From NCBI RefSeq assembly GCF_001564455.1, contig NZ_CP011391.1, positions 1,920,001-1,952,000 of the forward strand: a DNA stretch of 32,000 nucleotides, given 5' to 3'. Shown here piece by piece: positions 10,472 to 22,195 of this stretch (within the stretch, counting starts at the first letter, position 1; each line of letters opens with the position of its first letter). Below the pieces are notes generated by a model, which was given only the letters and a program-made list of their open reading frames with translations, was not told the DNA's origin and made no database searches. The position numbers and the translations under genes were made by a program. Source of the DNA: Faecalibaculum rodentium (GTDB taxonomy: Bacteria; Bacillota_I; Bacilli_A; Erysipelotrichales; Erysipelotrichaceae).

Positions 10472-11422
10472 TTAATCGTAAGATTTGAACGACAGTCCGA
10501 GCTGCGTCATCTTGTCCTTGACTTCCTTCAGGGACTTCTTGCCGAGGTTCTTGACGTGCATCATTTCGTCTTCGGTTTTCTGCGTCAGTTCTTCCACTGT
10601 CTGAATGCCGGCGCGCTTCAGGCAGTTGTAGGACCGTACGGACAGGTCCAGGTCCTCAATCATCTGCGTGGCGGGCTTTGCGTTTTCTTCAGCCTGGGGA
10701 AGCTGAACAGTGAAGCATTCTTCCAGCTTCAGATCTGCCAGGGGCACGATCTGGTCAAGGGCGGACATGAGGATGCCGGCTGCTTCGCTGACCGCGTGCA
10801 GCGGCGTGATGGCTCCGTCGGTGGTCACATTGATGTGCACCTTGTCGTATTTGATGTCCTGTCCAAGACGGGCGGGTTCGGAAAGGTATTCTGCCTGCCG
10901 GATGGGTGTGAACATTGTGTCAATGGCCTGTACATCTTCGGGCAGATGCCAGTTTTTCCGGTTGTCCGATTCGCTTTTGTAGCCGGTGCCTCTGGCTGCG
11001 TACAGATCCATGTTCAGATCGGCTCCCTTTTCCAGGGTGCAGATGATCTGGTCCGGATCCGACACTTCCACTTCCTCCGGGCAGATGATGTCCGCGGCGG
11101 TGATGATGGCCGGGCCTTTTTTGTGCACCTGCAGCTGCACTGCTTCATCCACGTCGCCTGTCAGCATAAGTGCCTTCAGGTTCAGGATCAGCGCGGTTGT
11201 GTCCTCCAGCAGGCCGCTGATGGTGGTGTCACCGGGTTCCATGCCTTCGATCTGGAAGCCGACGATGCCGGTTCCCGGAAGGTTGGAACGCATGGTCCGG
11301 CAGATGGCATTTCCGATTGTGGTGCCGAATCCCCTTTCCAGGGGTTCAAACAGAAAAACTGCCTTATCGAGACGGTCTTCCTGGGATTCTTTGTGAAAGG
11401 TCGCGCGTTCGAATTCCTGCAT
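10472..11422 (-). CDS. rpoA: DNA-directed RNA polymerase alpha subunit (divergent N-terminal domain, canonical C-terminal domain)
   Basis: EPLERGFGTTIGNA, ARGTGY, and a highly typical alpha-CTD (DLDLSVRSYNCLKRAGIQTVEEL..NLGKKSLKEVK). AAGGAG RBS. Confidence 0.85.
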   Translation of the reverse strand: MQEFERATFHKESQEDRLDKAVFLFEPLERGFGTTIGNAICRTMRSNLPGTGIVGFQIEGMEPGDTTISGLLEDTTALILNLKALMLTGDVDEAVQLQVHKKGPAIITAADIICPEEVEVSDPDQIICTLEKGADLNMDLYAARGTGYKSESDNRKNWHLPEDVQAIDTMFTPIRQAEYLSEPARLGQDIKYDKVHINVTTDGAITPLHAVSEAAGILMSALDQIVPLADLKLEECFTVQLPQAEENAKPATQMIEDLDLSVRSYNCLKRAGIQTVEELTQKTEDEMMHVKNLGKKSLKEVKDKMTQLGLSFKSYD

Positions 11423-11479
11423 GGTTCTCCTTCTTCCTAAAATTTCTTTCCGTTCACGGAAATCATATCAGCTGTATGC

Positions 11480-11698
11480 TTATTTGCGGCGGAAGGTGAT
11501 TCGGCCGCGTGTGAGGTCATAGGGAGAAATTTCCACTGTCACTCTGTCACCGGGCAGAATGCGGATGTGATGCATGCGGATTTTGCCGGATACATGGGCA
11601 AGGATTTCGTGTCCGTTTTCCAGTTTTACCTTGAAAGCAGCGTTGGGCAGTGTATCGACAACGACACCGTCCAGTTCGATCATGTCCTGTTTAGCCAT
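11480..11698 (-). CDS. infA: translation initiation factor IF-1
   Basis: 72 aa: [72 protein letters not shown]. Near-canonical S1-fold IF-1. Confidence 0.95.
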   Translation of the reverse strand: MAKQDMIELDGVVVDTLPNAAFKVKLENGHEILAHVSGKIRMHHIRILPGDRVTVEISPYDLTRGRITFRRK

Positions 11699-11807
11699 GA
11701 ATGTATATTCGCCTCCTTGATGATGTGATGTGCCTGAATTCAGTCAACGGGCCGGCACCTGGCCGGTTCCATAGTCATAAATAGCCAACTATTACAGTAT
11801 CAAATGT

Positions 11808-11840
11808 GCAAACCGAAAACAAGCGGATGCCCTTCCGCTT
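11808..11840 (-). terminator. Rho-independent terminator after the MreB-like gene
   Basis: AAGCGGA (11821-11827) / TCCGCTT (11834-11840). The minus strand continues GTTTTCGGTTT. Confidence 0.7.
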
Positions 11841-11853
11841 TGAAAAAAACCGG

Positions 11854-12819
11854 TTATTCCATGCGTGTCAGAAGAATGGACAGACCATCGGTCACGGTCA
11901 TGGTCGGATCTTCTGTCACATAGACCGGGCAGTTGAGCACACTTTGCAGGTAATTCGACAGCCCTGCCAGCTTCATGGTCCCGCCGCAGCTCACAATGCC
12001 GCGCATGCGGACATCATCCTGCTGATGTGGGTCCAGATCCTGCAGAAACCGGGCGATCCACAAAGCCCATTCCTCGCACAGGGGACCCAGTGCCTGGGCC
12101 ACGTCGTTTTCTGTGATGATCTCCCGCCGGGCTGTGCGGTCGGTGGTGGAAACCCCGGTGATTTCCATCTGCCTGGGATTGGGCCTGGGGACCACGGATC
12201 CGAGGCTTCGGCAGATGCGCTCCAGCGTCATCTGGGAGACAGCCATCCGGCGGTTGTCATGCAGCCAGCGGCGGATGGCGTTTTTCACACGCAGACCGGC
12301 ATCTGCAGACTTGTCCTGTTTCTGGATCACGCCTCTGGAGAATACAGCAATGTCGCAGCTGCGCTCCCCCATGTTCAGGACACAGCTGGAAACAGGCAGG
12401 CTCACGTCCAGGCCCGCCCCAATGGCGGAGACCCAGATTTCCTGGTCCGAATACACCTTCCAGGCGCCCATCTGCAGCAGCTGCTCCTTGAGCTGCTCCA
12501 CATCCCGGCTGTCGAGCCCGGAGGGATACGACAGAACCAGAACGGTTTTCTGAAACATTCTGAACAGCTTCAGCTGGTAAAACAGCTGGTCAAACAGTTT
12601 TCCCAGCAGCTCAAAATCCAGCCGGCCATCCTGCATTGGAGACAGTACGCGAACCTGCGGATCCGCGACCCCCTTCATCTCCAGTGCCTCGTTGCCATAG
12701 GCCAGGCAGTTCCCCTTTTCGTCAATTGCGATCATGCTGGCTTCGTCTAACACCACACCGTCGTCTTCTGTGACCACGCGGATGCTGCCGGCACCAAGAT
12801 CGATCCCTGCTTTGATCAT
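11854..12819 (-). CDS. MreB/Mbl-like actin-fold protein with degenerate nucleotide-binding motifs
   Basis: 321 aa from ATG 12819 (AGGAG RBS). Collinear with MreB: GIDLGAGS.., PMQDGRL, AIGAGLDV, NMGERSCDIAV, SCGGTMKLAGL, YVTEDP..VTDG. Confidence 0.75.
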   Translation of the reverse strand: MIKAGIDLGAGSIRVVTEDDGVVLDEASMIAIDEKGNCLAYGNEALEMKGVADPQVRVLSPMQDGRLDFELLGKLFDQLFYQLKLFRMFQKTVLVLSYPSGLDSRDVEQLKEQLLQMGAWKVYSDQEIWVSAIGAGLDVSLPVSSCVLNMGERSCDIAVFSRGVIQKQDKSADAGLRVKNAIRRWLHDNRRMAVSQMTLERICRSLGSVVPRPNPRQMEITGVSTTDRTARREIITENDVAQALGPLCEEWALWIARFLQDLDPHQQDDVRMRGIVSCGGTMKLAGLSNYLQSVLNCPVYVTEDPTMTVTDGLSILLTRME

Positions 12820-12879
12820 AGGAGCTCCTCTCGTGCTACAATCATACCATATGGACATTCCAGGAAAGAGGTGGAACCC

Positions 12880-13302
12880 ATGAAGCTCGACAACCCCATG
12901 ACCGGCCTGGAGCTCACAGCCGTCCTTCCTTCCCTGCGAACGGAGCGGGGACAGCGCTATCACGACCTGCTTCTGCAGTGGAAACCGTCCTTTGCGGCCA
13001 TTGATGTTCCCCTGGATATCGTCACAGAGGATGCGGGAGATCTCATGATGCAGGATCCGGAGGTTCTGTATATGGAAGACCGGACCGTGATGGAAAAGCT
13101 GGGCGGGCTGCAGAGAAAGAACGTGTTCGGGAAAGAGACCACCACCGTACGCGCATCTCTGTACCTCGTGCTGGATACAGAAGTGGCTGCCCGGGCCGGG
13201 CGAATCAACGAGAGTTCCCTGGTGCGGCTCTGGAGGAAGGCGTTTGACATCCAGACGCGTGCTGCCGGCCGGCTCATGGCAGAACAGCTGCCTGATCTTT
13301 GA
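12880..13302 (+). CDS. hypothetical protein (about 140 aa)
   Basis: Host-like codon usage. AGGAAAGAGG lies 9 nt before ATG 12880 (alternative GTG at 12871). No family recognised. Confidence 0.55.
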   Translation: MKLDNPMTGLELTAVLPSLRTERGQRYHDLLLQWKPSFAAIDVPLDIVTEDAGDLMMQDPEVLYMEDRTVMEKLGGLQRKNVFGKETTTVRASLYLVLDTEVAARAGRINESSLVRLWRKAFDIQTRAAGRLMAEQLPDL

Positions 13303-13368
13303 CGGGACTGCCCGCCGGACCTTTCGGGACGTTATGGAAATTTTCTGGCTGATTTCTCAAAAAAATGT

Positions 13369-13397
13369 TTGACGGATGGTCTGGTCCGTTGTATTCT
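13369..13397 (+). promoter_or_regulatory. sigma-A type promoter of tRNA cluster 1
   Basis: TTGACG (13369-13374), 17 nt spacer, TATTCT (13392-13397), about 40 nt upstream of tRNA-Val. Confidence 0.55.
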
Positions 13398-13439
13398 TTA
13401 GAGGCGTCAAGCGATGCACAACAAATCAAATCTGAATCT

Positions 13440-13515
13440 GGAGGTTTAGCTCAGTTGGGAGAGCGTCTGTCTTACAAACAGAGGGTCAGCGGTTCGAGCC
13501 CGTTAACCTCCACCA
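13440..13515 (+). tRNA. tRNA-Val (anticodon TAC), CCA encoded
   Basis: Cloverleaf folded by hand: acceptor GGAGGTT/AACCTCC, anticodon loop CTTACAA, T-loop TTCGAGC. Confidence 0.95.
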
Positions 13516-13522
13516 TTTTTCT

Positions 13523-13606
13523 GGAGAGATAGCGAAGTGGCTAAACGCGGCTGACTGTAACTCAGTTCCTTCGGGTTCGGCAGTTCGAATCTGCCTCTCT
13601 CCACCA
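13523..13606 (+). tRNA. tRNA-Tyr (anticodon GTA), class II long variable arm, CCA encoded
   Basis: Acceptor GGAGAGA/TCTCTCC, anticodon loop CTGTAAC, variable arm TCCTTCGGGTTC, T-loop TTCGAAT. Confidence 0.9.
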
Positions 13607-13619
13607 TTTTTTTATTTAT

Positions 13620-13695
13620 TGGGGTATAGCCAAGCGGTAAGGCACAGGACTTTGACTCCTGCATTCCACTGGTTCGAATCCAGTTGCCCCAGCCA
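13620..13695 (+). tRNA. tRNA-Gln (anticodon TTG), CCA encoded
   Basis: TGGGGTA/TGCCCCA acceptor with U1-A72, anticodon loop CTTTGAC, T-loop TTCGAAT. Confidence 0.9.
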
Positions 13696-13707
13696 ATCGC
13701 TGATCGC

Positions 13708-13781
13708 GCAGGTGTAGTTCAATGGTAGAACTTCAGCCTTCCAAGCTGACTACGTGAGTTCGATTCTCATCACCTGCTCCA
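13708..13781 (+). tRNA. tRNA-Gly (anticodon TCC), CCA encoded
   Basis: Acceptor GCAGGTG/CACCTGC, anticodon loop CTTCCAA, T-loop TTCGATT. Identical to 27136-27209. Confidence 0.95.
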
Positions 13782-13793
13782 TTCGAACATATC

Positions 13794-13820
13794 GCCACGG
13801 CTGACTGCCGCGGCTTTTTT
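13794..13820 (+). terminator. Terminator of tRNA cluster 1
   Basis: GCCACGGC-tgact-GCCGCGGC (one mismatch) followed by TTTTTT (13815-13820). Confidence 0.7.
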
Positions 13821-14033
13821 AGTACCTTATTATGATACTGGTCGGATTATTCTGGCCGGTGATGGCTGTGTGTCACAAACCGGCCCCGGACGCAAACCCG
13901 CCAGCCCTTCAAGCACTCATCGACGACCGCGCTCTGACTGTATATACGCAAAAGGGGCTGTAACAGTTGAACCTGGACAGCTATCCTAAATAAAAACACA
14001 AAGGGCAGGAAAGCTTATCAGCTGACCTGCCCT

Positions 14034-14804
14034 TTGCTGTATGAATTGTTTGTGCTAAAAAACATACAACCGAATTATATCCATTATCCGTTCGGCGTAC
14101 AAGAATCACTCGCGCTGGATGTACCAGTTCGAATCCAATCTGATGACCCTGTTCACTCTTTCCCGGAAGCGATAGAAAGGATCAATCTTGCCAAATACTT
14201 CGCTCCGGTCAGATCGAACAATTCCAGCTCTCACGATCGTGTGATGCTGCCCCGGGTCATCCTTTTCTCATACATGACATCCAGAAAGAACATCTCCCTC
14301 AGGGAGCTGGAATCCCTGTGCCGTACAGACTGTCGGTTTCTTTACCTGTCCAACTATGAAATACTCAGCCATCAGGCTTTCAAAAGGGTCCTGGATCAGT
14401 ATGAAGGGGACAATATATCGAGGACACGTGGAGGGAATCACCATATCAGTCAAATATATGCGGAAAAAGGCCACCGTGAAGGATGTGAAAGCCTGGGACA
14501 GTGCTGCCGCTTTGGCAGATACAGAAGAGTCGGAAAGAATGTGGTGATGGAAGAGCTGCAGGGAAAAGCAGATGAAAACCTGGAATCCGAAGAAGGAAAA
14601 AGGCTCTGCAGGCAACGGTCAATACAGGTGGAGTGAGCATTCGGGATCCTGAAGCAGGACCGGGGAATGACCAGGTTCAGAAGAAGAGGGCTGAAAGGTG
14701 TCAAGATGGAATTTCTTCTGAACTGTCTGGGTCTGAATCTTTATAAATATCATCTGTTCTGGCTTAAACAGAGGGCAAATGGCCTTATAGGCAAGCTAAA
14801 CTGA
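14034..14804 (+). pseudogene. IS1182-family-like transposase pseudogene (internal deletion plus in-frame TGA)
   Basis: N-terminal part (..LDVPVRIQSDDPVHSF..VILFSYMTSRKNISLRELESLCRTDCRFLYL..) and C-terminal end (..RSIQVE*AFGILKQDRGMTRFRRRGLKGVKMEFLLNCLGLNLYKY) of an IS1182-type transposase lie in one frame. In-frame TGA at 14634-14636. About 256 codons in total, so the DDE core is missing. Confidence 0.65.
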
Positions 14805-14867
14805 CGAGGAAAACAGGCATTTTTTAAAGTTATCCCCCAAGTTGTTTTTATAATGCCCAAAAAGAAA

Positions 14868-14905
14868 GTCTGGAGATGACCAATGGAATCTCCAGACATT
14901 TTTTT
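14868..14905 (+). terminator. Rho-independent terminator (usable on both strands)
   Basis: GTCTGGAGA (14868-14876) / TCTCCAGAC (14889-14897) followed by ATTTTTTT. AAAAAGAAA upstream. Confidence 0.7.
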
Positions 14906-14919
14906 CAGTTCACAACAAG

Positions 14920-14979
14920 AAAAAGGGACTGTAATCAGTCTCAGCCTATAAAACAGGCCTTACTGTTACAACCCCTTTT
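14920..14979 (-). terminator. Hairpin plus T-run directly downstream of the 6-phospho-beta-glucosidase stop
   Basis: Minus strand: GGGGTTGTAACAGT (14975-14962), 22-nt loop, ACTGATTACAGTCCC (14939-14925), then TTTTT. It uses the right inverted repeat of the IS remnant as one arm. Confidence 0.6.
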
Positions 14980-14983
14980 GCGT

Positions 14984-19287
<4,304 letters not shown>

Positions 19288-19327
19288 TTCCTTCACTCCT
19301 TTCCGTGAACTCTCACGGATCTGCACG

Positions 19328-19410
19328 AAAAAAGGCTACACCCCGACACACGCAAAAATCCCTTTGAATACTTCGTTCATGGATTTGCTGTGTGCACGCA
19401 AGGTATAGCC
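19328..19410 (-). terminator. Leader terminator (attenuator) overlapping the RAT
   Basis: Minus strand: GGCTATACCTTGCGTGCACACAGCAAATCC .. GGGATTTTTGCGTGTGTCGGGGTGTAGCC followed by TTTTTT. Its 5' arm shares 19402-19410 with the RAT. Confidence 0.8.
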
Positions 19411-19432
19411 TGATCCTTCTCAGTAACAATCC
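19402..19432 (-). promoter_or_regulatory. RAT (ribonucleic antiterminator) target of LicT/BglG-type proteins
   Basis: Minus strand GGATTGTTACTGAGAAGGATCAGGCTATACC fits the GGnTTGTTACTG...CAGGC...ACC RAT signature as I recall it, and overlaps the terminator arm. Confidence 0.8.
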
Positions 19433-19446
19433 GTTCGTACGCAACT

Positions 19447-19475
19447 ATTAAAACCAACACCTGCGGTTGTGTCAA
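19447..19475 (-). promoter_or_regulatory. sigma-A promoter of the licT-PTS-bglA operon
   Basis: Minus strand TTGACA (19475-19470), 17 nt spacer, TTTAAT (19452-19447). The RAT begins about 14 nt downstream. Confidence 0.7.
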
Positions 19476-19557
19476 CACCTCAGCCGGACATAAAACCGCC
19501 TGGTTTCAACGGCCCGGAAACTGTCACACACCGTTGGCAGCCCCGGCTGCTGCTTCC

Positions 19558-20193
19558 TTACCTGTCTGCCGACGCACCCTCGCTGTCCACTTTATCAGAC
19601 CCGCTGCCGTCCTGTCCCGCTGTTTTCAGCACCTGGTGCAGTTTCTCGCGGATCACCGGCATGCGCTGTGTCTCGAACTCCGGGTGCATCCTGAACCACC
19701 GCACATTCAGCGGACTGGGGTGCGGGAGCACATAACAGGGGATCCCGTCATATTCCTGGTCCTGAAACACCAGCTCCGTGAACTCCCGTTTCGGAAACAG
19801 CCGGGATGCCGCCTCCCTGCCAATCACCAGCATCATCCGGGTCCCCGGCTTGAGCTCGATTTCCTGCCTGGTCCACATGTCGAAGCAGCACCGCGGGGGC
19901 TTTTTGTCCCCGGTTTTTCCCTTCCCCGGATAGCAGTGGCCCATGCTCGTGATATAAAACAGATCCGGGTCATAAAACTGTGCATCACTGATCTGATACC
20001 AGTACTGTCGCAGCCGCCTGCCGGAGGCGTCGTTGAAGGGGATCCCCGTCTCATGCACTTTCTTCCCCGGTGCCTGCGACACCTGAAGGATCGGGGCGCC
20101 GGGATTTCCATGCACCACCGGCCGTGGCTCCAGCATTCCCTCACAGTGCCGGCAGGCACGCAGCTGCGCCTGCAGTTTTTCGAGTTCTGTCAT
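19558..20193 (-). CDS. uracil-DNA glycosylase superfamily protein (uncharacterised subfamily)
   Basis: GAPILQVSQAPG (motif 1-like) and VLPHPSPLN (motif 2-like). N-terminal CRHC plus later Cys residues. ATG 20193 overlaps the upstream stop as ATGA, with a GGAGGG RBS. Confidence 0.8.
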   Translation of the reverse strand: MTELEKLQAQLRACRHCEGMLEPRPVVHGNPGAPILQVSQAPGKKVHETGIPFNDASGRRLRQYWYQISDAQFYDPDLFYITSMGHCYPGKGKTGDKKPPRCCFDMWTRQEIELKPGTRMMLVIGREAASRLFPKREFTELVFQDQEYDGIPCYVLPHPSPLNVRWFRMHPEFETQRMPVIREKLHQVLKTAGQDGSGSDKVDSEGASADR

Positions 20194-21068
20194 TTCACCC
20201 TCCGTTTCACCACATCCTCCGGCCGCAGATGGCCGGACAGAAGACTCGAATCCGGGTCGTGGTCCTTCACGTGAGCCGCAATCCGCGATTCATCGTAATT
20301 GGCATAGCAGTACTTGCAGAAGCGGGGACAGGAGTTGTAGTACCCGATATCCACCATCTCCACACAGACGCAGTTTCTTGCCTTCCAGCTCCCGAAGGCC
20401 CTGCCCGTGAGCTCAAAGGCTTTCTTCTGAGAGAAACAGGCGCTGTCCCTGAACCCCAGCGGTGCCAGGATCTCCCGCTCATTGCACCCATATAGCATCA
20501 CACCATGGCGTTCTGCGCTCCGTGCAAAGCTTTCCGCCAGTCCGCGGACTTCATCAGCCTCCGGACGCCGGAATCCCGTCTCTGCCTGGTGCCTCCGGAC
20601 ATTTTTGCAGTCATCGAGAAAGGAAATCACCATATGCGCTGCATAGTCCGAGACTTGCGATGCCAGGCGTTCAAATGCCGCTTTGTGATACTCCACGGTG
20701 TAGCGTTCATTGAGCAGCACCGGATCATAGCGGACATAGACATTTTCTCTGCCAATGACGGACGAAATCTCCCGCAGGCTTTCAATGACTTCCCGCTTGT
20801 CCGGCAGACCCGGCTCCAGGTCCCCGTGATAGCCGGTGATCGTCACATGCACCACACATGGTTTGTCGATTTCCCGGATGCGTCTGGCCAGGGGCCTGGG
20901 GTCCTTGGTGATGAGCAGGTAGGCATCCACATTCTCAAAGAAGATCCGGGACACACTCTGTTCGTGGAAAGGATTGCGCACATCCACGTATCCCGCCTTG
21001 ATGCGGTTGAAGAACCAGTCCAGGTAGTATGCCGGTATATCCGTGCGGCTGCTGACGTTGAGTATCAT
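20190..21068 (-). CDS. DUF1848-family protein with C-terminal Cx3Cx2C motif
   Basis: MILNVSSRTDIPAYYLDWFFNRIKAGYVDVRNPF.. is a typical DUF1848 N-terminus. CPRFCKYC encoded at 20307-20330. Start ATG 21068 has only a weak RBS; the alternative at 21128 is less likely. Confidence 0.75.
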   Translation of the reverse strand: MILNVSSRTDIPAYYLDWFFNRIKAGYVDVRNPFHEQSVSRIFFENVDAYLLITKDPRPLARRIREIDKPCVVHVTITGYHGDLEPGLPDKREVIESLREISSVIGRENVYVRYDPVLLNERYTVEYHKAAFERLASQVSDYAAHMVISFLDDCKNVRRHQAETGFRRPEADEVRGLAESFARSAERHGVMLYGCNEREILAPLGFRDSACFSQKKAFELTGRAFGSWKARNCVCVEMVDIGYYNSCPRFCKYCYANYDESRIAAHVKDHDPDSSLLSGHLRPEDVVKRRVK

Positions 21069-21185
21069 GGTTCCATTGTACGCGCAGACTGCCAGCCGCT
21101 GCCTGTCTGTGCCACCCTCTGCCTGCAAAGCTGTCCCGGCTCAGGCAACCGTACATCCTCCCCCCGGGATTCATGGTCTGTCAGA

Positions 21186-21211
21186 CGCAGAAAGGCCCGG
21201 CATTGCCGGGC
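21186..21211 (-). terminator. Probable terminator of the two-component operon, now separated from it by the IS
   Basis: GCCCGGC (21195-21201) / GCCGGGC (21205-21211). The minus strand continues CTTTCTGC (weak T-run). Confidence 0.5.
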
Positions 21212-21233
21212 GCTTCTTGATGCGATACAGGTT

Positions 21234-21242
21234 CAGGTTATT
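21234..21242. repeat. Left copy of 9-bp direct repeat (target-site duplication) CAGGTTATT
   Basis: Identical to 23825-23833. Flanks the ISL3-type element. Confidence 0.7.
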
Positions 21243-21315
21243 GAATACGCAAAATTGGACAGGGTCCACCCCCTTCAATAAAGCGACCTTAGGGTCGATC
21301 ACCAAAGTCATAAAA

Positions 21316-21362
21316 GGCAGCTCCGAACCTTCATGGAGGTTCTAAAGCTGCCTTGTTTTGTT
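21316..21362 (+). terminator. Terminator-like hairpin inside the IS left end, reading inward
   Basis: GGCAGCT (21316-21322)..GAACC/GGTTC..AGCTGCC (21346-21352) followed by TTGTTTTGTT. Confidence 0.6.
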
Positions 21363-21548
21363 ATAGTTGAATTAAGGAGTTATAGGGAGAGAATAACGAA
21401 GATTTCCCTGTGTTTCATTGGTGAAAGTGGCTGAATGAAGATACTTTGGCAGTTCTCCGCTTAAGGAGGGTGTCAGTACCCCCTTCCAGTCACTGAAACA
21501 GTGATATCAGGAACTTTGTGATGAAACAAAAAAAGGAGCAGAGCCCAA

Positions 21549-22181
21549 TTGATTGCCGTCAAGTTCTGCCGCTCCCTGTCTAATGACATGATTATGGTAC
21601 CGGGAAATCACCCTGAAATCAATTCATCTTTCCAGAATGGATATCAAAAAACTTGTAACAGGTTCTTCGCTGGTACCAGGAAATGCCCTGATTGCCATGA
21701 TGGTAAGCTGTACCGTCATGGTTCCTATCTCCGCAGTTTCGAAAGTCCCGTAAACGGCGTTCGTGACGAGGTGCTGATCCAGCGTGCAAAATGTTCCATA
21801 TGCGGTAAAACTCATGCCCTCATCCCCGCTGAACTTGTTCCCTTCTCCCGCGTTCCGCTGCTGGCACAATTCCTGATAGCGGTCATGGCCGGCCTGTTCA
21901 AAGGCCCTGATCGCACTCTCCGTCAGGCAGAGTGCGAACTTGCCCGTTACGCTTTGCCTCCTGTCGTGATCCGCTATATCTCCAAACACATCGCCCAATA
22001 CTGGTCTGATTTCCTTTCACTATTCTTAGACGCCACGCTGGAGGAATTGTGTCTTTTAGCCTGGAAAGACAGGAATAAACAACTTTTCCAAATGTCTAGA
22101 TATGAGATCGCACAAAGTTTTCCACCATTCCACACAGCTTTTATGACTCACCCCGTATCCTCTGCGATGATGACATCGTGA
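21549..22181 (+). CDS. zinc-ribbon accessory protein of the IS (DUF6431-like)
   Basis: CPDCHDGKLYRHGSY...CSICGKTHALIP gives two CxxC pairs. TTG start 10 nt after AGGAG (start uncertain). Its stop overlaps the transposase ORF. Confidence 0.6.
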   Translation: MIAVKFCRSLSNDMIMVPGNHPEINSSFQNGYQKTCNRFFAGTRKCPDCHDGKLYRHGSYLRSFESPVNGVRDEVLIQRAKCSICGKTHALIPAELVPFSRVPLLAQFLIAVMAGLFKGPDRTLRQAECELARYALPPVVIRYISKHIAQYWSDFLSLFLDATLEELCLLAWKDRNKQLFQMSRYEIAQSFPPFHTAFMTHPVSSAMMTS

Positions 22182-22195
22182 ACAGGAGGAATACC

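Larger units (their letters stand above)
13947..14982 (+). mobile_element. Decayed IS1182-family-like element (about 1.04 kb) bounded by 21-bp inverted repeats; boundaries tentative
   Basis: 13947-13967 CGCAAAAGGGGCTGTAACAGT versus the reverse complement of 14962-14982 CGCAAAAGGGGTTGTAACAGT (20/21). These enclose a truncated transposase pseudogene. The region is visibly AT-richer than its flanks. Confidence 0.5.

Noticed and set aside
21378-21398. Alternative left inverted repeat of the ISL3 element (TATAGGGAGAGAATAAC vs right-end TAGGGAGGAAGACTAAC)
   Set aside because: It is incompatible in nesting with the longer 46/50-nt terminal alignment and with the 9-bp flanking direct repeat. Probably a chance partial match.
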